64,000 bases of DNA from Octopus vulgaris (GCA_951406725.2 OX597816.1:104408001-104472000), one strand, 5' to 3'; counted from the stretch's first letter, positions 1 to 13,546 are shown. Notes: generated by a model from the letters alone, not told the origin. Program-made: numbers and translations.

Positions 1-1149
1 GAGAGAGAAAAGTAGAAAGACGTGCTATTTTCCTCATATGCGCACAGGTGTTCATTTTGTGAGTGCGCATGTGTGTATTTGTGTGTATGTGTTTGAGCGT
101 TTGTGTATGTGCGTGTTTGCATGTGCTTGTGTGGATGTGTCTGTGCGTATATGTGCCCACTTGCGTACGTGTATGCTTTTTGTGACATACAGAAACTTGC
201 AAACATTTCTTTACGCTGATGTGACTCACAAATAATATATTCTCACATTTTATCAGCATTCTTTAATTCTATACATCTATTGCTCTAAATACATCATCTT
301 TCCTTCTTTTTAACCTTTCTGCGGCTTTCCGATTTCAATCATTCAGCTCGCCAACATAGTATGATTATCTATAAATAGTTTTAATTCACCAGCGAGATTC
401 TTCTAGAATATTATTCCCGTGAGGTTTGTTTCAGTTTTATTTCATGCGACCTTCGGTATAGTATATTAACTGACAGTAAACTAAAAATAATGCTAATGAT
501 AATAATATAATATATATTTTTTATAAGCAAATAAACATTCAACATGGCTCCAATGTTAACATCAATCTTTCTAAAATTTCTGTAGACACTTGGACACATA
601 AACACATATATGTATGTATATACGCACACACACACAGTCGGGAATATATGTATGTGTGTGTGTGTACGTAAATCAATCTATACGAACATTCGCTCACACG
701 TAGATATATCTATATGTATATAAATATATTAATATATATTAATATAGAAATATATTAATATATATTAATATAGCCAATACCTAAATTAACACAGACCAGT
801 AAGAGTTTCAGGATAGATTTTAAAGACCCCAATCAATTATTGTATGGTATAAGATCATCAATCTTCTATGAAAACATAGTGGGTCCTATGAATTTACAGG
901 AAATACGAATGGTTTCTTATCGTGATCCATGATTTAATGTAGAGTTATATGGTGTGCAAAATTCTATTAAAATCCATGTTTCACTGTGATAACTCTTTTT
1001 GAAGACAAAGATGAAAATTAGCAAAACGATTTCTTAAAGAGTAAAGTTTTCCATTTTGAAAAATTCTGAGTGGTGTGAGAAGAAGACTATCTGGGGTAAT
1101 TGCAGCAATTTCATCATAAACCAAATGAGTAAAGAAGTATATGGTAGAT

Positions 1150-1550
1150 ATGCGAGCTGGCAGAATCGTTCACATGTTCTGAGTTTAAATTCCGCCGATG
1201 TAGACTTTAATTTTCATCGTTTTGAGGTCAGTATAATAAGTACCAGCTGTGTACTGGAGTCAACGTAGTCACCTTATTCCCTCCCATGAAACTGCCGGCC
1301 TTATGCCAAAAATTAAAAATCAATATTTATCTGCTTTAAAGCGGCGAGAGTTATTAGTACGCCGGGCGAAATGCTTAGGCGGTATTTTTCCTTCTCTTTA
1401 CATTCTGAGTACAAATTCCACTGAGGTTGACTTTGCCTTGCATCCTTTCAGGGTCGATAAAATAAGTACCAGTTGAGCACTGGACCGATATAATTGACTT
1501 ACTTCATCTCCCGAAATTGCTGGCCCTGTGCCAAACTTTGAAACCAATAT
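1150..1550 (+). mobile_element. Two tandem decayed copies of a tRNA-related SINE family (family C)
   Basis: Shared motif ttctgagt..aaattcc.c.ga.gt.gacttt...catc.ttt..ggtc.ataa..taagtaccag at about 1177-1246 and 1403-1472; the same motif recurs many times in the window. Confidence 0.6.
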
Positions 1551-2715
1551 TAATTTGCTTAATCTAATGTAAACAACTCTAAATATTTGCCAAATATTTT
1601 TGCAGGTACTTGTGGAAATGATAGTCATTTATTTTTTTACAATATCGATCATATACTTTGACAATCACCGTGATTGTTGATGCTGTTCAAGATTATTCTT
1701 AGTACAGCTTGAGTTTTACCTCCATTAAAGTGTCGTCTGCTCGTTTCAGGGGTTCTCCATTTAATACAGGCTGTTACTTGATAATATTATGTCGACGTTC
1801 TATTTGTGTCTGTAGGATGAAGTGAGATTAAAATAATGCTTCTTAATTCTACCCTCACAATAGATATCTGTCGATTCATGAAGTTACAATACCAATAAAT
1901 TTATATACATATAGAAAACTTCTATATGTATAGAAGCAAGTCTCCTTATTCATACATACATACATACATACATACATACATACATACATACATACATACA
2001 TACATGCATACACACACTCATAAACAAACACGCAAACAGACACACTCATACACAAACACGCAAACACGCAACGCACACGCACACGTATATATATTCATTA
2101 AAAATAGGTGTGCATCTATAAAAAAAAATACATATATTACATTATTATCATTAGCATTATTTTTAGTTTATTGTCAATTAATTCTCTACCAATGTAGTGT
2201 TATAGTTGTTTTAATTAGTAGAACTGACATCTGATTCATATAATATCACCTCTCTATTGCATGATGTAAGTTGACTTGTATTGATATTTCTGCCAGTATA
2301 CTTATTCCCTATTAACTGAATTGTTAAAGTCTCTCAAACTAAGGGGAAATACCTAGGTCAGCCAAGAATTTATATTGGAGTCATGCTTGTTGTAAACCGC
2401 ACAGTGACATCGCATACCAGTGACCCATTTCTACAGACGCTAAATCCATATTAGTTCATGTAACTTTGTAGAAGTCACTGGTCTTTTATCATCTGGTTAT
2501 TGGATTTTTAAAATTGTATCTTGAAGGTATTAGAAACGATATTGAATACTTCGTACGTGACTATACGACTAAAAATATAAATATTACACTGCAACAAGAG
2601 TGAATACTCTATTTTTGTATATGTAGTTTTGTTATTTTATTAACAGTGTACTATATATGTGTGTCTATATATATGCTTGTATGTATATACACATATGCAT
2701 TATGAATAGATAAAC

Positions 2716-2722
2716 AGATGAC

Positions 2723-2761
<39 letters not shown>

Positions 2762-2762
2762 C

Positions 2763-2836
<74 letters not shown>

Positions 2837-2870
2837 ATAGATAGGTAGATAGATAGGTAGATAGATAGAT
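2716..2870. repeat. (GATA)n microsatellite
   Basis: Directly visible. Confidence 0.95.
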
Positions 2871-4750
2871 TAACTAACCTATACAAGTAACGTTTTAGAG
2901 AATATAGTACTGTGTGAATTTTCTGGGTATTCATGTTAAAGAAGTCATAGAGTTGCAGGAATCTGTGAACACATGTCCAAAGCAATAGCTCAATGTAAGG
3001 TCATGCAGAGCAGATTACTCCTTTGTTGGCCAGAAATAACTAATCGATAAAACAGAACTTAATCTGTGAAACATAGACAGCTGATATAACAACGCAATAG
3101 AATCTAAATGATATTGCTGATAAGCTTGTCAAGTACAAACTATTCTTTATCTGAGACAATCAATGGAAGTCCGTCGTAGAAAATGTGTTTCTTGCGCTAC
3201 TTAATTGAAGCAAATCCTTCAATAGCCAGTTAGTAAGTGAAGCCTAGAGGCCCTGACGTAGCTCGAAAGAAAATAGATTTAAAAATTAACTGCGCAAATG
3301 TCTACAGGCTTGGTCCATTATGAGATGAACAATGGTTGCATAGTTAATTAATATTTCAGATGTTAATTATATTATAAAAAGAAATTATGTTGAACGTTAT
3401 AAAATTAAATAAAAACAAAAAGTAGTCTCAAACCTATCGATAGTGTTATCAGAGATATGGTGATTAGTGACTCGATAAATATATTATGTTGAGCGAGAAT
3501 AACAAAGGGGAAATATCAATTCCTGATGCTATGTCCAATATTTCATTGTATTTACAAACTATGAGTTATACGTGTATTATACATTTATTTCGTAGTCAAT
3601 TGATAGTCGAATGTAGCTGGATAAAATGTGTTCAGATTTTAATTCTATGCATTCAGCTAATATAAATAATTAGTATTTGGAATTAAATTGTAGTTTTCTT
3701 TTGTTAGAAACAGAGATTTAAATTACCTAGAAAAATAATTTATTTCTAAATTAATGAGAAACAGTGAATTGAAAATTTAAAGATGAGAGAATTCCTGCTT
3801 CAAGCATTAGAAACATTTGTTCTTTTTTATTACATAATGAGAACTGCAGCTGCTTGAGTCTTCAGCATGTCGACAGCTTATATCAGAAGACGTTTAACAA
3901 TAGCTATCCAAGCTTGTGTAAATAGATACTGTGATAAGGTGAAGACTGTTTTCAATCTAGCTAATAGTAAGCACAGTATAGCTGCCGCGCATTTCGTTAT
4001 CTAATGAGTTCGAATCAATATCTTGATTAATATTCTATATTAATTTTTCACACACGTATAATAATTCTTTTAAGTTTGGAACAAGGATAGTTATTTTGAG
4101 GGGAAGGAGAAGGCAATTACACCAGCCTCTGTATTTGGTTCATATCTATTTTATCGAATGTGAAAGAACGAACGGGAAGGTCGACTTCGGCAGAAGTTGA
4201 ATTCAAAATGTAAACAAAAAGAAGTGTTGCTGAGCAATTTCTACAACACGCAAACGAATCTGCCAGTGCACTGCCTTTCACATATTTATAATGATTCTTT
4301 CTACTATAGGCACAAGGTTTGAAATTTGGCGGTAGGGGGAGTCGATTTCATCGACGCCAGGACGTGTTCTTTTCTCCCCACCAGTTTCGAAGACGCTCAA
4401 ACAAATCATGAATACTGCTCTTGTTAAACTAGTAGAATAACAGAATAAAACTATTCTCAGGAGAGTCTACAGAGAGTCCAATAAGTAGATATATTTACAA
4501 ACATCATTCGAACTAGGAATGGGCTCACCACGACAAAACAGTTTGCAATTCCGAATGTATTCTGGGTGCTTACAACACTGAGAACATTTCAGATATTATA
4601 TTAGAGTAACTGCTTGTTTGCTCCTCTGCATTCCAATATAAGTAATCGAAATGAATGTAATTTAGCTAATCGTCTAAGTTATAATAGGAAGACGATGAGA
4701 GTTATATACTACATCAAGAGATTAATATACTACACGAATTCGGAAGGCCA

Positions 4751-5023
4751 GTGGAGACACGTGGCTTAGTATTCAGGGTGCCAGCATCATGATCGTAAGA
4801 TTGTGGTTTCGATTCCTGGGCCGGGCGACGCGTTGTGTTCTTGAGGAAAACACTTCATTTCACGTTGCTCCAGTCCACTCAGCTGGCATAAATGAGTAAC
4901 GCTGCGATGGACCGGCGTCCCGTCCAGCTGAGGAACACATACGCCATTGAAACCGGGAAACCGGGCCCATGAGTCTGGATAGGCTTTAAAAGGGCGCATT
5001 TATTTATTTATTTATTTATTTAT
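4751..5023 (+). mobile_element. tRNA-derived SINE with (TTTA)n tail
   Basis: A-box-like tggcttagt, B-box-like gtttcgattcc, tail gggcgcat(ttta)n; a partial reverse copy lies at about 55915-56028. Confidence 0.7.
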
Positions 5024-5480
5024 TCGGTAGGCCAACGGTGAACTTACTTTAGATCATTGTGAAAGCAAACTATTCAGGAGAGTGAAAGGGAAAATGAAAG
5101 AGAGGAAACGAGAATGTGTGCGTGTGTGTGGTGTGAGTGTGTATGTATGTGTGCATGTGTGTAAGTGAGCGAAAGAGAGAAAATATTTCTTAAGACTCAG
5201 TACCGTACATCTTGGGCGTGTATCGAATTCTTCGTATGTGTCTTCTATTTCTGCCATTCTCTCAATTCTCTTTTCTTCTAGGCCTCTCACCTTCTCAGTA
5301 TGTCTTTGTGTGTTTATAGCCTTCTATCCCACTCCTTGTGTTTCTCTATCATCTCATTATGTGAACACATTGTAAGAAAGTTCTGTGTTGATATGCGTTC
5401 TCTTTGTCTATCAAAAATACCTCTAAGATTTCCTCTTATTGTCTGACATAGTTTCAAACGCATATGAATAGAACTGCGCG

Positions 5481-5540
<60 letters not shown>

Positions 5541-6434
5541 TTATATGTGTGTGTTTTCGCGCGTGCGTGTATGTGTGCGCGCGAGTATGCGTGTGTGTAT
5601 GTATATATATATATATATATATATAGCGATTAATAAAAGATTGTCAATACAAATTATCATACAATAATCATACAGTTATCATACAGCACGTTAACAAAAG
5701 GTTTTGTAATTGGTACTGACCTCCATCCAGAAAATCACCGAAGGTGAGATAGGATTTTAAAGTCCATCTCTAGTCGACTCTGAAAATCTGTAGCTGCATT
5801 ACTATGTTAACAGGGTATGTTTTCACGGAGTGGTATACCAGAAAAAGCATAAATAATGGGATTTATACATTTGTTTCTTCGTGTATCGTATACATTTTTG
5901 GTGCATTCATGGTTCTGTTTACCCAATCGGTTGATTGATCGATTGAAAATAGTGAGCGACTGTTTAAAATGCTATCGTCTTCAGAATCAACACAACAAGG
6001 CCTTGACTTGATGTGGTGGCTGTAAGTCAACAATACACAAATAAACAAACGTATAAAATCTAGTTTATACTTTTCTTGCATGTATGTCATTATACAGATC
6101 TATTTCAAGATTTCTTGCAGTAGAGAAAAAACCGCTTTCTAACCTAGATCCAAGGCTCTTCCATTGGAATTTCAACAAAAACAACAGAATATTTTCGCAT
6201 GTATGTGCGTATATGTGCAGTATTTAGATTCAGTGAATGTGCAGATTTGTATGCTTTGTTATATGTATTTATTCTCGTGCATACAGTTGCATTCTAGACT
6301 TGCGCATATATACTTAAGCGGTAAACTTCTGGAATGTATCTATGTATGTACGTATGTATATATGCATGTATGTATGTATGTATGTATGTATGTATGTATG
6401 TATGTATGTATGTATGTATGTATGTATGTATGTA

Positions 6435-7140
6435 GGAAGAAGGGGAGATAATAAAGTAGTAGTGATCCCAAAACGAAGGTGCGCGTGCATGTGTATAAGA
6501 GAGCATGTATGTGCGTGTGGAAGAGGGCTGGTGACCTTGACGTGTGAGTGTGTGTATGTGTAGGTGTGTAGATGTGGGGCTGGAAAGTATTCAGTGCTAG
6601 TGTGTGCGTGGTGGTATGATGTGATATGGTGTTGTATGGTATGGTGGTGTATGTGGTGTGGTTTGATGGTGTTGGGATGTGGTGGAGGCGAGACTTGGTT
6701 AAGCAAGGGTGGGGTATGGGTTAAGCTAAGGGTGGGGGTAGAGGTGAGGAATGTGGGTAGGCTGAGAGTGGGGATAGAGGTGGGGTATGTGAGAGTGGGT
6801 GTAAGGGATGGGGTGGGATTGCATGGATAGGAAAGGTGGGGTTCGATTGTGGGGGTTATGCGGGAGGGGTGACAATGAAGGGAAAGGGGGAAGGGAGAAG
6901 TGGGTAAGAGTGAAGAGAAGAAGTAGGAGTCGGAGCAAGAGAGAAGAAGGGGTTGTAGGAAGTAGGTGTGGGAAAAGACGAGAGGAGAAGGGAGGAGGTT
7001 AGATGAAGAGGTGAGGAGGGTTGAGCCCATGTGGCGCAAAAGAGCGAAGAGAGATTATTCCCTCTTCACGCCGCAAACGGGAGTCCGGTTGGCCCCTGTG
7101 CAAGGATAATCCGAACACAGACAGGTATTGCAAGGAGTGA
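6435..7140 (-). mobile_element. Penelope-like element 3' fragment (C-terminus of GIY-YIG region plus 3' UTR)
   Basis: Minus strand 7140-7021 translates to HSLQYLSVFGLSLHRGQPDSRLRREEGIISLRSFAPHGLN, resembling the PLE C-terminal E..I..L...P.GLN motif, followed by a C-rich low-complexity UTR. Confidence 0.65.
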
Positions 7141-7154
7141 CCAGTATTATTGTT

Positions 7155-7813
7155 ATTATCAGTGTACTTTGGCAAATTAAATAAGAATTTTGACTGTTAT
7201 TTCCAGCAGGTAGACATTCTTCAGCTATTTAATGCTTTTTAGAGGCCTGTTACCGCGTATATCATTGATTCTGTTACTATCATTTTTAAATCGTTACACT
7301 AGATAATAATAGAGTCAATGATATCTCTGCAATTTATTTTCTCGTGAATTATTTGCTCCATATTGAAATTATTTTCACACTAGTGTCTACCATGTTTCGG
7401 TGCAAAACAAATCAGTTCCAGCGTAAAGGGTTAGGGCTCTCCATCATGGTAACGCGTGTTGAGGAAGGTGAGGATATTATGCCAGTCGTCAAACCAATCC
7501 ACGTGAGTCCAAATACTTAAGAGATTGTCTTAGCCCGTTAACGTTTGGACGGTTGATTTCTGTAGTTATCATCAGTGTATTTTGGCAATTTAAATAAGTG
7601 TTTAACTGTTATTTCCAGCGGGTAGACAGACTTAGTATGTCCTTAGATTAATCTTAATTCTTCAGCTATTTAACGCGTTTTTGGGGCCTGCAATCGCCTA
7701 TATTATTGATTCTGTTATTATCATTTTAAAATTGTTATACTAGATAATAATACAGTCAATGAGATCTCTGCAAATTATTTTCTCGTGAATTATTTGCTCC
7801 ATATAGAAATTAT
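7155..7813. repeat. Diverged direct duplication of about 220-250 bp (7155-7373 and 7566-7813)
   Basis: Both copies run atcagtgta.tttggcaa.ttaaataag...tttctcgtgaattatttgctccatat.gaaattat. Confidence 0.85.
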
Positions 7814-7844
<31 letters not shown>

Positions 7845-7865
7845 TATATATATTTATACAAATAT

Positions 7866-7911
<46 letters not shown>

Positions 7912-7920
7912 GTGTATATA

Positions 7921-8138
7921 TAGGCGAGGAAAAATTATAAAAAGGCAAAATGCTAAATTGAAGGTAAATTGTAATAAAAATGGGTGTATGGAAAATTAAA
8001 AAAAAATTTTTAAATATTAAAAAATATTTAAAAAATATTAAAAAAATATTTAAAAAATATTATTTTCCATACACCCATTTTTATTAAAATTTACCTTCAA
8101 TTTAGCATTCTGCGTTTTTATAATTTTTGCTCGCCTAT
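7921..8138. repeat. Fold-back palindrome, about 75-bp arms with AT-rich spacer
   Basis: taggcgagga...gggtgtatggaaaat (7921-7996) is the imperfect reverse complement of attttccatacaccc...tgctcgccta (8062-8138). Confidence 0.9.
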
Positions 8139-8205
8139 CATTTCTCCACGTGCGGTTGATATGTATATATATATATATATATATATACATATACATGTAT
8201 GTATG

Positions 8206-8292
<87 letters not shown>

Positions 8293-8337
8293 TAGATATA
8301 TATGTATAAGGGTGAAAAGGAACACACGAGTTGATAT

Positions 8338-8458
8338 ATATGAAAAAACAAGTCAAGATAGAAAATGCTAAAATAATTTCATAAAGAACATTTCCGGTAC
8401 TGAAATGTTCTTTATAAAATTATTTTAGCATTTTCTATCTTGACTTGTTTTTTCATAT
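8338..8458. repeat. Fold-back hairpin derived from the Penelope pLTR end, about 57-bp arms and 7-nt loop
   Basis: Arms atatgaaaaaacaagtcaag...gaacatttc / gaaatgttc...cttgacttgttttttcatat; loop cggtact (8395-8401); homologous to the pLTR at 9657-9720. Confidence 0.9.
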
Positions 8459-9708
8459 AGATATATATACACACATATACACATACATATTCACATGCAT
8501 ATGCAATCATAGGGACACATATTTTACTCATTTTTATTTACATATAATTTCTGCAAAAGCATTTTAAGTTTGTGTTTTTGTCATATCTGCATTCGGACAT
8601 CTGAGTATTTGCCTATATTGTATATTCTGTTCTTCATAATACAGCCAAAAAAATTTGAAGTGACGTGACGAATATAAAACCTTATGAAATAGAGTCTGTT
8701 AATGATGTCGTTCGAATGTCAAAATCGGTAAGGCACTGGACTAAATACTCTGCTGAATTTTTGCTACGTTCCACTAAACTTTGAGTTCAAAAACTATAGC
8801 GATCGGCTTTTCTCGTCATCTTTCTGGGTAGGTAAAATTAAACACCTGCGAAGAATTAGAGGCAATTTAGTTGTTTGTGGTAATACCTATTCTAAAATCT
8901 TTCATTCTTTGCTAATGTTAGAAATCAATATTTTCTTACCTTGCAGTTTGGTATATGCTTTCTTATCGTTTATTTAGTGGAGAGACGATAGCCACCCAGG
9001 AGATATTTTCAAATCAGGGCCGAGACGAAAAAGCGGATAAAGTAAATTATTGCAGTAGGAAATAGCGCTTAAGGATATCCTTTTTCTATTCAAATTGGAA
9101 ATTTGGTCCTATTGATTGCAACAGAATTTAATGCACTAAAAGTTAATGGTCAATATTTAGGATTTAGACTGTCACGCAAGCAAAAATATTGTTAATTCGA
9201 CAGTTTTCTGCACAGCTTATATCCACAACATATTCGTTCAAGGTTGCAAGCAACTGGAAAACATGCAGTAAGTGGGGTTGAACTGAAATTACGTGAAATT
9301 AAAGGGACCTTTATTAGCAATTGACCATTCCTACATTCACATACACCCAATGATTAAATACTGCGCTAAATCTTCGTTTCATAAAACACCCACAATTTAT
9401 CTATATAACTACAAATGTTTCGGATTGCTTATGTTTTAATTGCTTACGCAATAATGTCGGTTTGTCGGTTTTGAAGAAGTTAAAAGCCTGGTTGGGCAAG
9501 AACAAATGGTATATATATATATGAATGCCTATATGTATATATATATATATGTGTGTACATATATATGTATGTATATATATACGCATGTACATATCTATAC
9601 ATATTTATATAAATACATATACACACGTTTATATATATGTATATATATATATATATATGAAAAAACAAGTCAAAAATAGAAAATGCTAAGATAATTTTAT
9701 AGTGAATC

Positions 9709-9752
9709 TTTCAGTACCGGTTTCGGTCATTTTGAGACCTTTTCAACTGTAA
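9709..9752 (-). ncRNA. Minimal type I hammerhead ribozyme in pLTR (U3-A8 variant)
   Basis: Minus strand: ttacag TTGAAAA ggtc(tcaaaat)gacc GAAA ccgg TA ctgaaa; palindromic stem III accggt. Confidence 0.75.
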
Positions 9753-10089
9753 CGATTAAATAATTAAATTTAGAAAAATTAGAAGAAAAGTTTTTTTAAA
9801 GGAATATTTCTATAGTAGTGTTCAGATATAAGTGGCATTCTGCCTTTCTCTGACTCCCTTGTTTGCACTTATGTGTTCGAGGTCGTTGTGAGTTCTTGGT
9901 AGGGTAGGAGAAGCAGAAGGCTGATGTGGAGAGGGGGTGGGGAAATCTGGGAATGCCTTGATGGTCGTATTTTGAATGGTCAGTGGCGGACAGCAGTCGC
10001 AGTTCAATTCAGGAATTGTTTATGGAATTTGCGTAGGCGTTATACTGAAAGGCATTAGTGACAAAGTTAAGGGGTAGAAGGTGGAGAAG

Positions 10090-10245
10090 TAGAAGAAGAA
10101 GATGACGATGTTGATGATGATGATGATGAAGAAGAAGAAGAAGAAGAAGAAGGAGAAGGAGAAGATGATGATGATGATGGTGGTGATGATGATGACGACG
10201 ATGATGATGATAATGATGATGATGAAGAAGAATAAGAAGAAGAAA
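10090..10245. repeat. (GAA)n/(GAT)n trinucleotide tract in PLE 3' UTR
   Basis: Directly visible. Confidence 0.9.
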
Positions 10246-10363
10246 AAAACAGAGAAGGGAGAATATGAATGGGTGAAAGTATAGCTGTGATGGGGCTGAT
10301 TAGTAATGGATTCTATGGAATTTGTGTGTGTATATATTTCTTTTATTCTAAAGTTGAGGTATA

Positions 10364-11800
10364 TTAATTGTTTGTCGTAGACCCGTTAAGAAGTGGCCTG
10401 TATTTTGTAATAAAGAGATTTTCTTTACTTATTCGTTGTCTCGAGGTTGTATCGTCCCTAAATTGGTAGAGGGGGAAAATCCTGAAGTTTGGTGTTTTTT
10501 TGTTGGCGCAAGTGTCTATGTGTTGGCTAAAAGCTATTTTTCTGTTTTGGGGAATTTTTATCTGGGATCTGTGCAGGGCCATTCGTTTACGCAAACCATT
10601 TTTTGTTTGGCCTATGTACTGCTCTTGACACCCGGAGCAGGTTAGTGAGTATATTAGGTTCTCCGAAGCACATGTGAAGTTGCTTTTCACTGTAAACCGT
10701 TGTCCCTGTTTGAAGGAGAACTCTGATCCCTCAATTAGATAGTCGCATATCCCGCAATTGGGTCTTCCACATTTTTTTACTGTCGGCTTCTGTGTTGAAG
10801 AGTGAATTCGGGCTTGTGTTAGGAGACTTTTCATGGATCTAGGCTGTCTTTTGCTTTTTATGATCGTGTGTGTTTGGAGGATTGTGTTCATTCTGTGGTC
10901 TTTTTTTAGGAGGGGTATGTTGCGGAGGATGTTGCCGAAGGCTTCGTTATTGAGAGGGTTGTGTGTGGAGATGTATGGTAAGGCTTTTGGTTGTAAGTTT
11001 TTCTTTGATTTGGGATGTCTCAGTTCCTTGATGTTAAGTTGAAGGGCACGTTGAATGCACTTGTCAATAAGTGAAGGTGGATAGTTCCTGGTGATAAGGG
11101 TATCTTTTAGTTCTTGTAGTCGTGTGTGTCTGGTGTTTGCGTTAGAGACTATAGTGCAAATCCTTTTTGCTAGATTGAAGGGGATATTCATCCTGGTGTG
11201 TCTGGGGTGGCATGAATTGAATGGAAGATATTGCTTAGAGTCTGTAGGCTTATAGTATATGTCTGTTTCTATTATATTATTAGCTTTCTTAATGAGGATA
11301 TCGAGGAAGGGGAGTTGTTGCTGGCTATATTCCATCGTGAATTGGATGTTTACGTCCAGTCCGTTTAAAATTTCCTGGAATTCTATGAGTTTTTCTATAT
11401 TTTTATGCCAAAGAATGAAACAGTCATCTAGATATCTCTTCCACTTGTTTTCTATGTAGATGGAGAAAGGGCTGCCATATCTTTCTAGAACCTTACGATA
11501 CAGACTGATCTCTAGGTATCCTATGACTAGGTTGGCAAAGGAGGGGGCCATTCGTGTACCCATCGCAGTCCCCGATTTTTGTCAGTAGAAGTTGTCATTG
11601 AAGGCGAAGAAGTTATTTTCCAGGATGAATTTAACCCCTTCTATCACGAATTCTTTTTTGATGCGGTGTGGTAGTTCGTTGGCGTGATTCTCTAGCCAGA
11701 ATTGGATTGCCTCTAGTCCTAGGTTGTGGGGGATATTGGAGTAGAGGTTGACTACATCGAAGGATACCAGTATGGTGTTTTTGTTTATAGTATTCGGTAG
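10364..11800 (-). pseudogene. PLE reverse transcriptase / GIY-YIG endonuclease ORF, 5'-truncated, one in-frame stop at 11582-11584
   Basis: SFDVVNLYSNIP, GTAMGTRMAPSFANL, RYLDDCF, LPFLDI, YYKPT, CGRPNCGIC, NLIYSLTCSGCQEQYIGQT; ORFs 11582..11857 and 10364..11563 are in frame across the stop (FY*QKSGTAMG). Confidence 0.95.
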
Positions 11801-11815
11801 GTATATATATATATA

Positions 11816-13104
11816 CGAGGGGCGTTCAATAAGTAATGCCCCTGACCCACTTCCCATAGCAGTAGAGCAACGAAACTTGGCACAGTTATTAGTCTTTTTC
11901 TACATAGGAACCACCCAGAGTTACGCATTTCTCCCATCGTTTGATGCGGCTCTGGCGACCGTTTTTGTAGAAGAACCCAGCTTGGTCCTCCAACCTCAAC
12001 GTGACTTCAGAAATCAAGGCTGCATCATCTGGGAAACGCTTTCCTTTCAAAAACAACTTCATGATTGGGAAGAGGTGAAAATCAGAGGGTGCAAGGTCAG
12101 GAAAGTAGGGGGGATGGGGAGGAGTTCATAGCCATACGCCTGTGCTTCTGATCTGGCGACAAGCGAGTTGTGGACCGGTGCGTTGTCATGCAGGAGGAGG
12201 ATGCCTTTGCTGATCTTGCCCCGCCTCTTGATTTCGATAACTTCTCTTAATTTCCTCAAAAGTGAAGTATAATAGGCTCCTGCAGTTGTGGTACCCTTTG
12301 CCAGGAAATCTGTCATCACTACTCCGTCCTGGTCCCAGAAGACTGTGAGCATGACCTTGCCAGCGGAGGGCTGCACCCTTGCCTTCTTTGGAGGGGGTGA
12401 GTCACGGTGCTTCCACTGCATTGACTGGGCTTTGGTCTCTGGATCATCGTGATGGACCCAGGTTTCATCCTGTATAATCAGTCTTTTGAAAAATTTTGAC
12501 TCATCTTCTTGGCACATCTCCAAATTCACCCTCGAGCACTCGACGCGTTCTTGCTTCTGGAAAGGCGTGAGCAACCTGGGAATCCATCTGGCAGACACCT
12601 TTTGCATATGCAAATGGTCATGAATGATAGTTTCCACAGACCCGGTACTAATCTTGAGCTCATGGGCTATTTGGCGAATAATTATGCGTCGATCTTCTAA
12701 AATGGCAGCCTCAACTTGACGGACAGATGCCTCATCAATGGCAGAAACGGGCGACCAGATCTGGGAGCTGTTTCCACAGAGTTCCGACCATGTTTGAATT
12801 CACGATGCCAGCGTTTTACAAGGACATATGATGGGGCATCATCACCATAAGTTACTTTAATTTCATCAAAAGTCTCCCGTGGTGTGCGTCCTTTCAAATA
12901 CAAAAACCGGATCACTGCTCGACACTCAACAGGCTCCATTTCACACTTGACTCGGTTCAAACACCTGTAAATCAGAAACCACAATTAATTCAGAGCTGTA
13001 ATTTGCCACTTACTCTATAGAGATAAAATGATTGCACATACAAACTTTCAGCTAGATCAAACAACTGCAAGTGGGTCAGAGGCATTACTTATTGAACGTC
13101 CCTC

Positions 13105-13105
<1 letters not shown>
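11816..13105 (-). mobile_element. Full-length mariner DNA transposon (about 1.29 kb) with frameshifted transposase
   Basis: TIRs cgaggggcgttcaataagtaatgcccctgacccactt / aagtgggtcagaggcattacttattgaacgtccctcg, TA flanks; motifs WIPRLLT, QDETWVHH, HDNAPVH, GKVMLTVFWD. Confidence 0.95.
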
Positions 13106-13160
<55 letters not shown>

Positions 13161-13244
13161 AAGGGTGGAAAGGAACACACGAGTTGATATATATGAAAAA
13201 ACAAGTCAAAAATAGAAAATGCTAAGATAATTTTATAGTGAATC

Positions 13245-13289
13245 TTTCAGTACCGGTTTCGGTCATTTTGAGACCTTTTTCAACTGTAA
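13245..13289 (-). ncRNA. Hammerhead copy in upstream pLTR (one extra A after the core)
   Basis: Same as 9709-9752 but core reads TTGAAAAA. Confidence 0.65.
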
Positions 13290-13546
13290 CGATTAAATAA
13301 TTAAATTTAGAAAAATTAGAAGAAAAGTTTTTTAAAAGAATATTTCTATAGTAGTGTTGAGATATAAGTGGCATTCTGCCTTTCTCTGACTCCCTTGTTT
13401 GCACTTGTTTGCACGACCTCGAACACACAAGTGCAAACAAGGGAGTCAGAGAAAGGCAGAATGCCACTTATATCTGAACACTACTATAGAAATATTCTTT
13501 TAAAAAAACTTTTCTTCTAATTTTTCTAAATTTAATTATTTAATCG

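Noticed and set aside
6110-6180. Hammerhead-like spacing on the minus strand
   Set aside because: Core too degenerate to call
6314-7039. 241-aa P/T/H-rich ORF
   Set aside because: Low-complexity PLE 3' UTR running into (TACA)n; no recognisable domain
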